Positions 1-9,439 of a stretch of DNA of 27,555 bases are shown piece after piece. The stretch covers positions 1 through 27,555 of the forward strand of contig JBGTHM010000086.1 in assembly GCA_041746255.1 (NCBI GenBank). Reading direction: 5' to 3'. The translations under genes were made by a program, and so were the position numbers. The first letter of the stretch is position 1; each line of letters starts with the position of its first letter. Under the pieces are notes generated by a model. The model was not told where the DNA came from. It ran no database searches and saw only the letters and a program-made list of their open reading frames with translations. Source of the DNA: Fibrobacteria bacterium (GTDB taxonomy: Bacteria; Fibrobacterota; Fibrobacteria; UBA11236).

Positions 1-1
1 G

Positions 2-1072
2 GCCTTACTTCTATGGCGATCCATGACCCAATGGATAGGCGGCATCGGTATCGTGCTGGTTTCCGTAGCCATCCTTCCCATGTTGGGCGTGGGCGGCATG
101 CAGCTGATGTCCGCCGAGGTCTCGCATGTCAAGGTGGAGAAACTCACTCCGCGCATCGCCCAGACGGCGCGCTTGCTGGCCATGGTTTACCTCTCCTTTA
201 CGGCAGTGCAAACCCTTTTGCTCATGTCGGCGGGAATGTCGTGGTTCGATGCCTTGGCGCATACCTTTTCCACGGTTTCCAGCGGTGGGTTCTCTGTTCG
301 CAACAGCAGCGTTGCGGCTTTCGATTCGGCATTTATCCACTATATCATAATTGCTTTCATGTTCTTAGCGGGTATCAGTTTCAACTTGCATTTTCGCCTT
401 TTGCAAGGACGTTGGCAAAGCTATTGGGCCGACCAGGAATTTCGGTTATACGGTACGGTGGTGCTTATAGGCGCCGTAATTGTTTACTTCGGAATTCCCC
501 TCATGGGTCTGGGGTGGGAAGAACGGATGCGGCAGGCGCTGTTTCAAACCGTCTCCATGATTACGGGTACCGGATTCGTTTCCGCCAATTATAATTTTTG
601 GGCGCCGGCCTCTCAGTTCGTCCTATTGGTGATCATGTTTCATGGAGCCTGCGCCGGTTCCACCACCGGCGGCATTAAGTTGGTCCGTGTGTTGTTGTTA
701 ATCAAAAGCGGCATCATCGAAGCCAAAAAACTGGTCCACCCCAGGGCGATTTACCCCGTGCGGTACAATGGCCGCAGCGTCAGTCCCGAAATCATCCAGA
801 GCGTGGGTTCCTTTTTCGTGATCTTCATGGCCATCTTCGCGAGCGCTTCGGTTGCGGTTGCCGCTACGGGTTTGGATATGGTCTCCGCAGGTAGCGCAGT
901 CATCGCCTGCTTGAGCAATGTCGGTCCCGGTTTCGGATCGGTAGGGGCGGTGGAGAACTTCGGCCATCTTACCGACACGGCGAAATGGATTCTCACCTTT
1001 TGCATGCTGGTCGGTCGTTTGGAGATATACACCATTTTGGTGCTCTTCTCCCGCACCTACTGGAAGAGCTAA
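2..1072 (+). CDS. trkH: TrkH-family potassium uptake membrane protein (5'-partial; frame open from the window edge)
   Basis: Motifs LLWRSMTQWIGGIGIV, FSTVSSGGFS, TGTGF, GACAGSTTGGIK, LSNVGPG and MLVGRLEIYT match the TrkH pore loops. The frame is open from base 2. Confidence 0.95.
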   Translation, partial: ALLLWRSMTQWIGGIGIVLVSVAILPMLGVGGMQLMSAEVSHVKVEKLTPRIAQTARLLAMVYLSFTAVQTLLLMSAGMSWFDALAHTFSTVSSGGFSVRNSSVAAFDSAFIHYIIIAFMFLAGISFNLHFRLLQGRWQSYWADQEFRLYGTVVLIGAVIVYFGIPLMGLGWEERMRQALFQTVSMITGTGFVSANYNFWAPASQFVLLVIMFHGACAGSTTGGIKLVRVLLLIKSGIIEAKKLVHPRAIYPVRYNGRSVSPEIIQSVGSFFVIFMAIFASASVAVAATGLDMVSAGSAVIACLSNVGPGFGSVGAVENFGHLTDTAKWILTFCMLVGRLEIYTILVLFSRTYWKS

Positions 1073-1087
1073 GTAATAGGGGACGCC

Positions 1088-2731
1088 ATGTCGGCATTTC
1101 TTGAGGCTTATCGCTCCGGATTGCTGAATCGAAAGCAGTGGCTTCCCAATATCATCTCCGGCGTTGTCGTCGGCGTCGTCGCTTTGCCTTTGGCGATGGC
1201 ATTCGCGATTGCCTCCGGTGCCAAGCCGGAACAGGGGATTTACACCGCGATATTCGCCGGATTCTTCGTTTCCGCCTTTGGCGGGAGCCGCTTCCAGATT
1301 GCCGGCCCCACAGGTGCTTTCATCGTCATCCTTTCCGGAATCACCGCGAAGTACGGCTTTGTCGGACTGCAAATCGCGACCATGATGGCCGGCGTTATCC
1401 TGCTGCTTCTGGGTCTCGCCAAAATGGGTTCCATCATCAAGTTCATTCCTTCCCCGGTAATCATCGGTTTCACGGCTGGTATCGGCCTTATCATCTGGGT
1501 GGGACAATGGAGTTATTTTTTCGGATTGCCCTCTGCCGCCGGAGAACACTTCCACGAAAAACTTTGGCATTTGCTGCAATCCTTCCGCCACCTGCATATT
1601 CCCACGACGGTTTTTTCCGTATCGTCGCTGCTGCTGGTGCTCTATTCCGTAAAAATTCCCGGATTCAAAAAGATACCAGGTCCTTTGGTGGCTCTGGTGG
1701 CGGCGACTCTTTGTCAAGCATATTTTCGCTGGGAGGGAGTGGAGACCATCGGAACGGCTTTCGGAGGCATACCGCAAGGCTTACCGGCTTTTCACGTTCC
1801 CGAAATCACTTTGAAGAGTATGCTCGAGCTGATGGGACCGGCTTTTACCATTGCCCTGCTGGGATCGATCGAGTCGCTTTTGTCGGCGGTAGTAGCGGAT
1901 GGAATGACACAAACCCGGCATGACTCGAATAAGGAATTGGTCGGTCAAGGCATTGCGAATATCGTGACTCCCCTTTTCGGCGGTTTCGCGGCGACGGGTG
2001 CGATTGCCCGCACCGCCACCAATATCCGCAACGGCGGCACCAGTCCCCTGTCCGGCATGATCCATTCCGTTACTTTGGTAATGGTGTTGTTGTTGCTGGC
2101 TCCCTTGGCGGACAACATACCCCTTTCCACCTTGGCGGCCATTTTGTTCGTGGTGGCGTGGAATATGAGCGATGCCAAACACTTCGTTAAAATGGTCAAA
2201 AGAGCGCCACGCGCCGATGTCGTCATTTTGTTGGTCACTTTCGGCTTGACGGTATTCGCCGATCTGGTCGTAGCCGTAAATATCGGCGTTATCCTGGCGA
2301 CTTTGCATTTTCTCCGTCGCATGTCATCCAGCGTGGAAGTTAGGCAAATCCGGGATCAGGAAATCGACCAGGAGTTCTTAAACCAGGGTTTACCCAAATT
2401 GCCCGCGGGAGTAGTTGTCTTCGCCGTCGAGGGACCGTTTTTTTTCGGGGCTGTCGAAAACATGGAGCGCGCCTTGGCGGGCACGCATACCGATCCCCGT
2501 ATCTTAATCATTCGCCTGCGCTGGGTGCCGTTTATCGATATTACGGGACTGCAAACTTTGGAAGCGGCAATTATCGATTTGCATAAAAGGGGCGTAAGGG
2601 TAATGCTGACCGGGGCCAATGCAAGAGTCCATGCGAAATTGCTAAAGGCGGGAATTATCGAATTGATCGGCGCCGAAAATTGCTATCCGGACTTTAGACT
2701 CGCATTGTCGGTTTGCAGTAATTTGGAGTAG
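1088..2731 (+). CDS. SulP/SLC26-family anion (likely bicarbonate) transporter with C-terminal STAS domain
   Basis: ALPLAMAFAIASG, GGSRFQIAGPTGAF, GSIESLLSAVVAD and ATGAIARTATNI motifs; STAS domain GPFFFGA...VPFIDITG. Confidence 0.93.
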   Translation: MSAFLEAYRSGLLNRKQWLPNIISGVVVGVVALPLAMAFAIASGAKPEQGIYTAIFAGFFVSAFGGSRFQIAGPTGAFIVILSGITAKYGFVGLQIATMMAGVILLLLGLAKMGSIIKFIPSPVIIGFTAGIGLIIWVGQWSYFFGLPSAAGEHFHEKLWHLLQSFRHLHIPTTVFSVSSLLLVLYSVKIPGFKKIPGPLVALVAATLCQAYFRWEGVETIGTAFGGIPQGLPAFHVPEITLKSMLELMGPAFTIALLGSIESLLSAVVADGMTQTRHDSNKELVGQGIANIVTPLFGGFAATGAIARTATNIRNGGTSPLSGMIHSVTLVMVLLLLAPLADNIPLSTLAAILFVVAWNMSDAKHFVKMVKRAPRADVVILLVTFGLTVFADLVVAVNIGVILATLHFLRRMSSSVEVRQIRDQEIDQEFLNQGLPKLPAGVVVFAVEGPFFFGAVENMERALAGTHTDPRILIIRLRWVPFIDITGLQTLEAAIIDLHKRGVRVMLTGANARVHAKLLKAGIIELIGAENCYPDFRLALSVCSNLE

Positions 2732-2757
2732 ATAACCCCGTAAGCCAAGCGTGGAGA

Positions 2758-2782
2758 GGTGGAGCCCCGAAAGGGCCCCGCC
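2758..2782. terminator. GC-rich hairpin between the convergent SulP and bS22-like genes
   Basis: GGTGG-A-GCCC-CGAAA-GGGC-C-CCGCC folds into a stem-loop with one G-T pair and one mismatch; no clear U-tract. Confidence 0.4.
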
Positions 2783-2791
2783 AGTCAGCCC

Positions 2792-2887
2792 TTAGGAGAG
2801 TTTCTTTTTATGACGATTCAAGCGGCGCCGTTTCTTCCGCTTATGGGTCGCCATTTTCTTTCTTTTTCGTTTTTTTCCGCAGGGCAT
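2792..2887 (-). CDS. Small basic bS22 / AURKAIP1-COX24 (mS38-like) ribosomal-type protein, 31 aa
   Basis: Manual translation gives MPCGKKRKRKKMATHKRKKRRRLNRHKKKLS*, with GAGGT just upstream. It follows the MPxGKKRKRxKxATHKRKKR..R.NRHKK pattern of Bacteroidota bS22. Below the ORF-track length cutoff. Confidence 0.88.
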   Translation of the reverse strand: MPCGKKRKRKKMATHKRKKRRRLNRHKKKLS

Positions 2888-2964
2888 TCATACCTCAAGA
2901 TTAATACGCTTCAGAGCCGTTTTTCGCTTTATTGCCGACCCGAGTCGGTTTTGCGAGAGGCATC

Positions 2965-2993
2965 AATTTGGAAAAAACCGGGGGTTTTGTCAA
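2965..2993 (-). promoter_or_regulatory. Putative sigma70-type promoter for the bS22-like gene
   Basis: Minus strand TTGACA (2988-2993, overlapping the murC stop), 17-bp spacer, CAAATT (2965-2970). Confidence 0.45.
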
Positions 2994-4417
2994 GGTTTCG
3001 GGCCTGGAAGGCCCGCTACGGCGCGGAATAGGCCTTCCGCGAAAGCCCCCAGCGAAGGGTCGCGCGCGCCCATGCTCACCAGCCAGTCTCCGGGCCGGGC
3101 TTCCAACGCCATGGCCGTTAGGGTTTCCTCTTTGGTGGGATGGAATTCACCAATGGGCTTCAGGGCATTCACATCGCCGATGAGGTCGCGCGAAGAAATG
3201 GAGCGATCGGCCGTGCCTCCGGCATAATAGATTTCGGGGAGATAAAGCTTGTCGCCTTCGCCCAGCCCTTCCGCGAAGGCCTCGACGAACTCCTTGCGCA
3301 TGAGTTTCATGGGCGCGAAGCCGTGGGGATGGAAAACCGCCAGAATCCGTCCGCGCCCACTGATGGAGTCGGCTCTCTCCAATTCCAGCGCCCGTTGCAC
3401 GGTAGCCAGGCAGGCCGCCACCTTGGAGGGATTGTGGGCGAAATCGTCGACAACGGTGATTCCCCGCGCTTGGCCCACCCGTTGAAAACGCCGTTCGATA
3501 CCCCGATAGGCGGCCAGTCCCGTAGCGCAATCCTCCCAGGATATTCCCAATTCGCGCGCCACCGCCAGGGCCGCCAGGGCGTTGGCCAGATTATGCCTTC
3601 CCGGAACGCCTAAGGTATAGTCAACCCCTTTGATACGGAAAGAAGTGAACCATTGATCCAGGTGGATGTTTTCGGCCGCGGTATCGCCCACCGAAACGGA
3701 AGTGAAAACGGAGCCGGCCGGACCCGGCAGCGACAAACAATGCGCATCCTCGGCATTGATAACGGTTTTCCCGCGCACCTGTAATTTAAAGCGCGCGAAT
3801 AGCGGCAGCAACTCCTCTACCGGTTGGTGATCCTTCTCGATGTTGAGAATAATGCCGATTTCCGGATGGTATTTGATGAGGCTACCGTCCGATTCGTCCG
3901 CTTCGATGACCAGCCACTCTCCCGCGCCCGCTGCGGCATTACCCAGCAAACCGGTTTCGATCAGCGAAAGCAGTCCCGCGCCGGTTATCAATGAGGGCTT
4001 AAGGCCTCCCGCCGAAAGGATATGGAAAATCATGGCCGTAACCGTGGATTTACCCGAGGTGCCGGCTACCGCGATGGTCTTGCGGGTATCGGCTAGAAAG
4101 GCGAGCAGGTCGGAACGATGCACCACCGGCACGCCGAGTTCGCGGGCGCGGGCGATTTCGGGGCTGGAAGCCTCTATAGCCGTGGATACCACCAAACAGC
4201 TGATGTCCTTAGACAGCCCACTTCCATCCTGGGTGTGTAGGGTTACCCCTAGTTTTTGGAAATAATCGCGCTTGAAGGTTTCCCGGCCCTGGTCGAAGCT
4301 GCGATCCGAGCCGGAAACACGGCAGGGGCCGAAGGCCAGGTATTGCGCCAAGGCGCTCATCCCCGAACCCGCTATGCCGGAAAAAAAAGGATGCGATAAA
4401 TCGATGGGCTGCGACAA
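2990..4417 (-). CDS. murC: UDP-N-acetylmuramate--L-alanine ligase-like Mur ligase
   Basis: GIAGSGMSALA, P-loop AGTSGKSTVT, IEADESDGSL, G.HN..N and DDFAHNP motifs. Confidence 0.85.
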   Translation of the reverse strand: MSQPIDLSHPFFSGIAGSGMSALAQYLAFGPCRVSGSDRSFDQGRETFKRDYFQKLGVTLHTQDGSGLSKDISCLVVSTAIEASSPEIARARELGVPVVHRSDLLAFLADTRKTIAVAGTSGKSTVTAMIFHILSAGGLKPSLITGAGLLSLIETGLLGNAAAGAGEWLVIEADESDGSLIKYHPEIGIILNIEKDHQPVEELLPLFARFKLQVRGKTVINAEDAHCLSLPGPAGSVFTSVSVGDTAAENIHLDQWFTSFRIKGVDYTLGVPGRHNLANALAALAVARELGISWEDCATGLAAYRGIERRFQRVGQARGITVVDDFAHNPSKVAACLATVQRALELERADSISGRGRILAVFHPHGFAPMKLMRKEFVEAFAEGLGEGDKLYLPEIYYAGGTADRSISSRDLIGDVNALKPIGEFHPTKEETLTAMALEARPGDWLVSMGARDPSLGAFAEGLFRAVAGLPGPKP

Positions 4418-4441
4418 GGGCTTCGCGTACGGCTATGGGGG

Positions 4442-5377
4442 TTAGCGGTCGTCGCCGTTATCTTCGCCGGCGTCCACCATGTCCTGGATTTCTTCCATGA
4501 CCAGGCGGTCGTCCCATAGAGGCTCGCCTTTATCCAACATGAGGCGCTGCTTATAATGGCTTTCGCAAACCTCCAGGGCTTCCTCCATCAAATCGTCCAG
4601 CTTTTCTTCGCGCAAGGCCTTCATTAAAACGGGAAGCTCGGATACCGGAGCGAGAATGCCCAGAGCGACCACCGATTCATAGCGGACGTCGGGGCATAAA
4701 GAGGAAACGAGTTCCTTGACGCGGCGTAGCGCGGCGTGCAATTCCAAATGCGCGGCCGAATGCACGGCTTCCAACACCACATCGTCATGGTCGGAGAAAA
4801 GTTCTTCCAGAATCAATTGTTCGAAGACTTCATTGCGCACCAGTCCCATGGCATAGAGGGCGCTCACCTTGACGAAAGGGTTGGGGGCCTCGTGGTAGAA
4901 ACGCAGCACGATGGAGGAAATGTAGGGAAGAAAAGCCAGGCACCCCAGGGCTTCTAGGGCGCGACGCCGCACTTCCATGCTCTCCATGGGCGCGTCGACC
5001 TTATATAGGAGAAATTCTTTCACCCGCTCGTAGAAATCCCTTTCCACCACCGACTCGCCCTCGTCCTCCTGGGCTGGGTATTCCTCTTCGTGGACCGCGC
5101 CTTCCTGGATGACCGCACCCAGGCAACTGCAGGCCATGGCACGCACTTCTTCTTCTGGATGTCGGCGGCCCAATTCAAGGACTTCCTGGAATAATTCTTC
5201 GTCGCCGGCGTAATTGTGGGTGGCTTGCAAGGCACTGAGGACAATTTCATTGTCCGCGTCACCCATATAATTCCGCAACTGACGGGTAACGTCGGTACCA
5301 TCGAAGTCGCGGTTACCGATGTCCTCAATTTTCTTTAGAATTTTGAGTTTGTCTTCCGGGGGAATGCTTTTTTCCAT
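4442..5377 (-). CDS. HEAT-repeat domain protein
   Basis: Repeated helical units (EEVRAMACSCLG, EVRRRALEALG, FVKVSALYAMG, DVRYESVVALG); acidic protein. Confidence 0.75.
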   Translation of the reverse strand: MEKSIPPEDKLKILKKIEDIGNRDFDGTDVTRQLRNYMGDADNEIVLSALQATHNYAGDEELFQEVLELGRRHPEEEVRAMACSCLGAVIQEGAVHEEEYPAQEDEGESVVERDFYERVKEFLLYKVDAPMESMEVRRRALEALGCLAFLPYISSIVLRFYHEAPNPFVKVSALYAMGLVRNEVFEQLILEELFSDHDDVVLEAVHSAAHLELHAALRRVKELVSSLCPDVRYESVVALGILAPVSELPVLMKALREEKLDDLMEEALEVCESHYKQRLMLDKGEPLWDDRLVMEEIQDMVDAGEDNGDDR

Positions 5378-5533
5378 GAGTAGAAACTAGGAAAATATGT
5401 CCCTTCTATAAAACAGGGCCATAAGGATAGGTTTTTGGCCCCAATTTTGTTTATTAAGCCTCGTAGTCCACCGGCTTGCAGGGAAAAAAGTGCTTAAAAT
5501 GGACAAAAATCAAGGGTATCCAGGAAAAAGACG

Positions 5534-6217
5534 ATGTTAAAGCCAGCTCTATCTATAATAGGGGTGATTTTGGCCCTGACCGCGGCCTGGGTCTCGGCTG
5601 CGCCACCGGCGGCCCCCCTCCCGGAATTTACCCCGGCTGTCAATTCGGCGGCCGACTCCCTTTTGCAAAAAGCCGTGGCCTTCCATCGCCAAGCCAAAGA
5701 CCTGACCTTAGCCTTCCAAGCCAAAACCTATCAGTCGGCCCTGGATAAAACCTCCGAATATTCCGGAACCCTTCAACTTAAAGGCGAGGGTAAATTTCGT
5801 CTGGAAATTCCCGGCACCCGCATTGTTTCCGACGGAAAAACCGTATGGGAACATCACGAAGCCAATCAACAGGTACTTATCAAGGACATTAAATTCTGGG
5901 ATGAGGGACAACTACCGGCGCAAGCCCTGTTCCGCTTTTTGGACGCCCGCGCGCTGGAACACGAAGTGGTGCAAGAGGGTAAAATCCGTTTGCATAAATT
6001 AACGCTCGACCCTTCTGAAAAGGTGAAAAACCTGCGCGGATTGGTGGTCTACCTTCGTGCCGACAACGATAAGGTGCATAAAATCGAGACGGAAGACCTT
6101 TCCGATAATACGACCGAATACCGCCTGACCCGCGTGGAAGCCAATAAGGGCTTGAACGATAAGGTGTTCCGATACTCCGTTCCCAAGGGAGTGGAGTCCG
6201 TCGATATGCGGGATTAG
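5534..6217 (+). CDS. lolA: Outer-membrane lipoprotein carrier protein, LolA family
   Basis: Signal peptide; F.....SGTLQLKGEGKFRLE, IVSDGKTVW and C-terminal F.YSVPKGVESVDMR fit LolA. Confidence 0.85.
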   Translation: MLKPALSIIGVILALTAAWVSAAPPAAPLPEFTPAVNSAADSLLQKAVAFHRQAKDLTLAFQAKTYQSALDKTSEYSGTLQLKGEGKFRLEIPGTRIVSDGKTVWEHHEANQQVLIKDIKFWDEGQLPAQALFRFLDARALEHEVVQEGKIRLHKLTLDPSEKVKNLRGLVVYLRADNDKVHKIETEDLSDNTTEYRLTRVEANKGLNDKVFRYSVPKGVESVDMRD

Positions 6218-6283
6218 AAGATTGTTAACTTTGCCGGTTGCATCCCGTCCGGCTCGGCGGAGTTTGAACAGCTAAGGAGAGGC

Positions 6284-6778
6284 ATGGCTACGGAAAGTTC
6301 TTTCGACATCGTATGTAAAATCAGCCCCGACGAAATTAAGAATTCGGTGCAGCACACCCAAAAAGAAATCTCCCTCCGATTCGATTTCAAAGGCAGCAAG
6401 GCCGCGATTGAAATGGACAAGAACGACGAGGTGACTTTGATTGCCGACGATGAATATAAATTGAGCCAGGTGCGCGATGTATTCGAATCCAAGATGATCA
6501 AGCGTGGTCTCCTGCCCTCCATGGTCACCTATTCCAAACCCGAAGCCGGCGGCAAAATGACCATGCGCCAAACCGCGAAATTCCAAAGCGGCATCGAGCA
6601 GGAGGATGCCAAGAAAATCACCAAACTCATCAAAGAATTGAAGATCAAGGTTCAGGTGTCCATTCAAGGCGATCAATTACGTGTTTCGGCCAAAAGCAAA
6701 GACGACTTACAGGCTGCGATGCAAGCAGTTAGGCAAGCCGATTTGGATTTTGCCTGCCAATTCGTGAACTACCGATAG
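6284..6778 (+). CDS. yajQ: YajQ-family nucleotide (c-di-GMP)-binding protein
   Basis: SFDIV, RFDFKGS and KVQVSIQGDQLRVSAKSKDDLQ...QFVNYR; AAGGAG RBS. Confidence 0.95.
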   Translation: MATESSFDIVCKISPDEIKNSVQHTQKEISLRFDFKGSKAAIEMDKNDEVTLIADDEYKLSQVRDVFESKMIKRGLLPSMVTYSKPEAGGKMTMRQTAKFQSGIEQEDAKKITKLIKELKIKVQVSIQGDQLRVSAKSKDDLQAAMQAVRQADLDFACQFVNYR

Positions 6779-6790
6779 AATATCCGAAGC

Positions 6791-8386
6791 ATGATACTGC
6801 GAAGTCTCTTTCCCGGCTTTCTGCTCTTGGCGCTCGGGCTACCCGAAAGGGCTCCGGCTCAGGACGACGCCTTGGTTTCCAAGTCCATTACCCTGGCGCT
6901 TGCCGACGACGAATTCCTCTACGCCTTCGGCGACAGCGCGTTGCATTACAGCCGCGTCGACTTGTTCCGCGACCCCCTGGATATCCGAACCGGCGCCATC
7001 ACCTTGAAATATCCCTTGTTGGGCGGCGTAGGTCGTTCGCAGTCGGTGCTGCTTTATTTCCAGGCGCCCCGCACCGATTCGCTTTACGTGAGCGGTTTGG
7101 TGCAATTGCACCGGAACGGTAAAACCGGCGTCGATTCGCTGATCATCGACCGTCCCGAAGCGTCGCGCAACCGCATCAACGACGGGGTGCGCGTTTCCGC
7201 GCTGGCCGTACTCAATGCCGATACCCTGGTGGTGGCGGCGGGTCGCGCCGGTTTCGCGATCGCCACTTTACGCGCGCCCGGCGCGGGCGAAGGCCCGGCC
7301 CTGGCTTCCGATTCCCTGAATTTCCATACCCTGTCCGCCGGGAGTGACAGCGCGGTTACGGCCCTTGGCTGCGCCCTCAACTCTCCTTGCGCTGTCGATA
7401 CGCTGGCCAAGCTTGCCAATAGCGTAGGGGAGCCCGATTCCATTTCCGCGCTGGCCTTGGCGCCCAAAGCCGGCGAGGGCGTTTTCGCGATAATCGGCAC
7501 GCAGCGGGGACTGCGCCGCGGAGCGCTCGGCTCAAATTTTTATCCCCCGGTGTCGCTTCCCGGAGTGGCCGATACCTCGGTGTTTCCCATCGATGCCATC
7601 CATGCTTCTTCGAACGGTTCGCAAATCTGGGTTTTTTCGCGAACACGTTATTTCTACAGCGACGATTACGGCGAGACCTTCCGCGTGCCGCCCGACCTGG
7701 CATCCTCGCCTTTCAAGGCATCGGAAATAACCGGCTTCAATCGTCCACCGCAAGCGACATTCCGAGGCGATACCACTTTCGTTAATTTCTTTCTCGATCA
7801 ACCCGGCCTGGTGGCATTCCACCGTGATTCCATCGTGGCAAATGCGGGCAACGGTCTCGCGGGAGTCTTGCTGGAAAGCGATGACGGACTTCCCGTCAAT
7901 CGGCAGAACCGGATTTCGGCGCTAACCTCGGTGCAACGGGGCGGCGCTTATGCCCTGATTGTCGGAACCACGGCCCAAGGCCTTTTCTACCGGCGTTCCG
8001 GCGGCGGCTATAATGACGATTGGAAAAACGAAAACAAATTACGCCAGGTTAGCGGTTCTCTGCGCGAAGTCATCACCTTTCCCACCCTGTTTACGGGGCG
8101 CACGCCCGAGGGCGACGTCGAATATGTGAATATCGGTTACAAGCTGGAAAAAGACGCGCGCGTGACCATCACGGTGTATAACTATGCCATGGAAAAGGTG
8201 AAGGAGGTGGTGCGCAACGCACCGCGCCGGGGCGGCGGAAACCGCAGCGAAAACCAGAACGAAGACCGCTGGGACGGCCGCGATAGGAGCGGACGTTTCG
8301 TTTCGGTTGGAACCTATTATCTGCTGGTGGAAACCGACCGCGGAGAAAAAGGCTGGGGCAAGGCCTTGGTGGTGCGAGGAAGATGA
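6791..8386 (+). CDS. Secreted beta-propeller-like protein with C-terminal FlgD-Ig/CTD-like domain
   Basis: Signal peptide; Asp-box-like YSDDYGETF; C-terminal VTITVYNYAMEKVKEV...WDGRDRSGRFVSVGTYYLLVE. Confidence 0.7.
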   Translation: MILRSLFPGFLLLALGLPERAPAQDDALVSKSITLALADDEFLYAFGDSALHYSRVDLFRDPLDIRTGAITLKYPLLGGVGRSQSVLLYFQAPRTDSLYVSGLVQLHRNGKTGVDSLIIDRPEASRNRINDGVRVSALAVLNADTLVVAAGRAGFAIATLRAPGAGEGPALASDSLNFHTLSAGSDSAVTALGCALNSPCAVDTLAKLANSVGEPDSISALALAPKAGEGVFAIIGTQRGLRRGALGSNFYPPVSLPGVADTSVFPIDAIHASSNGSQIWVFSRTRYFYSDDYGETFRVPPDLASSPFKASEITGFNRPPQATFRGDTTFVNFFLDQPGLVAFHRDSIVANAGNGLAGVLLESDDGLPVNRQNRISALTSVQRGGAYALIVGTTAQGLFYRRSGGGYNDDWKNENKLRQVSGSLREVITFPTLFTGRTPEGDVEYVNIGYKLEKDARVTITVYNYAMEKVKEVVRNAPRRGGGNRSENQNEDRWDGRDRSGRFVSVGTYYLLVETDRGEKGWGKALVVRGR

Positions 8387-9393
8387 GAACACCTTTTATC
8401 ATCGCGCTATTGGTTTTGGCCGTCGTCGGAGAAAGCCGCGCCACGGCCCGCGAAATTCTGGGCGGCCACGAAGGTTGGCTCGACCGCATGGGCGCAGGCA
8501 TACGCGAAGCGGGCATGGGTAATGCCGCGAGTGCGGTGGAAGACGCGGCTCCTGCGGCGTATTGGAACCCCGCTCTCTTGCCTTTCGGTCGCGTCCCGGT
8601 AGCGGGTTTCGGAGCCGACGTGCGCGCCTTGCAACGGAATGGAGGCTTCGTTTCCATACAGGGCCGGGCCGCCAGCAATTTGGGCATGGGAATCGGCTTG
8701 GTCAACCGCGGCGATTATTCCGTGCCGGCCTATGACCGCAATGAAGAATTTATCGGTACGGCGCGTCCTCAAGCTGTAGCCAGTTTCATCGGTGTGGGTA
8801 TTAAAACCTCGCGACGCAATTCGGTGGGGGCGGCTATTCAATGGTATTCCTCCAATCTCGATATTGATGGTAGTACGGGTAATATCAATCAAATCGGCAT
8901 CGTGAATCTGGGATGGTACCGTACCTGGACCCCCGCATTTCGCACCGGGGTGGTGGTGCGTAATCTGGGACTCAACCAAAACTTGTCGGCTGATTTTGAC
9001 CAAATCACTTTGAGCGAAGATATCGGTGACGGGTTCCAGCATTCGGGAAATGATTTTTTCCCCAAGACTTTCGTGGCCTCTGTGCATTACCTGCGCGAAT
9101 TACGGGGTAAACCCTGGACCTTCGCCTTCGAGCTTTTGAACTATCAGCTGAAGGATGAACTTTTCGTCATCGACCGGAATTTCCATCATGTCGATGTCCG
9201 TGCGGGCATCGAAAACCGGGTATTCGAGCCGCTCTGGCTGCGCGCCGGATACGATAAGGGAAACACTTCCCTGGGATTCACCTATGCGTATAAATGGGGT
9301 AAACGTCCCATCTCCTTCGATTATGCCGTCATCCTGGAAAAAGGTTTCTTGCACATCAATCCCTACGCCTTGGGAGTGCGTTTGCCGTTATGA
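8383..9393 (+). CDS. PorV/PorQ-like (FadL-like) outer-membrane beta-barrel
   Basis: GIREAGMGNA...AAYWNPALL N-terminal motif; WLRAGYD, FDYA strands; ATGA overlap with the upstream gene. Confidence 0.75.
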   Translation: MRTPFIIALLVLAVVGESRATAREILGGHEGWLDRMGAGIREAGMGNAASAVEDAAPAAYWNPALLPFGRVPVAGFGADVRALQRNGGFVSIQGRAASNLGMGIGLVNRGDYSVPAYDRNEEFIGTARPQAVASFIGVGIKTSRRNSVGAAIQWYSSNLDIDGSTGNINQIGIVNLGWYRTWTPAFRTGVVVRNLGLNQNLSADFDQITLSEDIGDGFQHSGNDFFPKTFVASVHYLRELRGKPWTFAFELLNYQLKDELFVIDRNFHHVDVRAGIENRVFEPLWLRAGYDKGNTSLGFTYAYKWGKRPISFDYAVILEKGFLHINPYALGVRLPL

Positions 9394-9439
9394 GCGCCGG
9401 TGACCCCCTCCGACAAATTTGGTAGTTTAGGTACCCACT

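Noticed and set aside
698..1777. Long antisense ORFs (359 aa here, and similar ones opposite other genes)
   Set aside because: They fully overlap well-supported genes on the other strand, have no recognisable motifs, and are typical of GC-rich codon bias.
2759..3031. 90-aa plus-strand ORF
   Set aside because: It is the antisense shadow of the bS22-like gene; the Phe/Ser runs mirror Lys/Arg codons.
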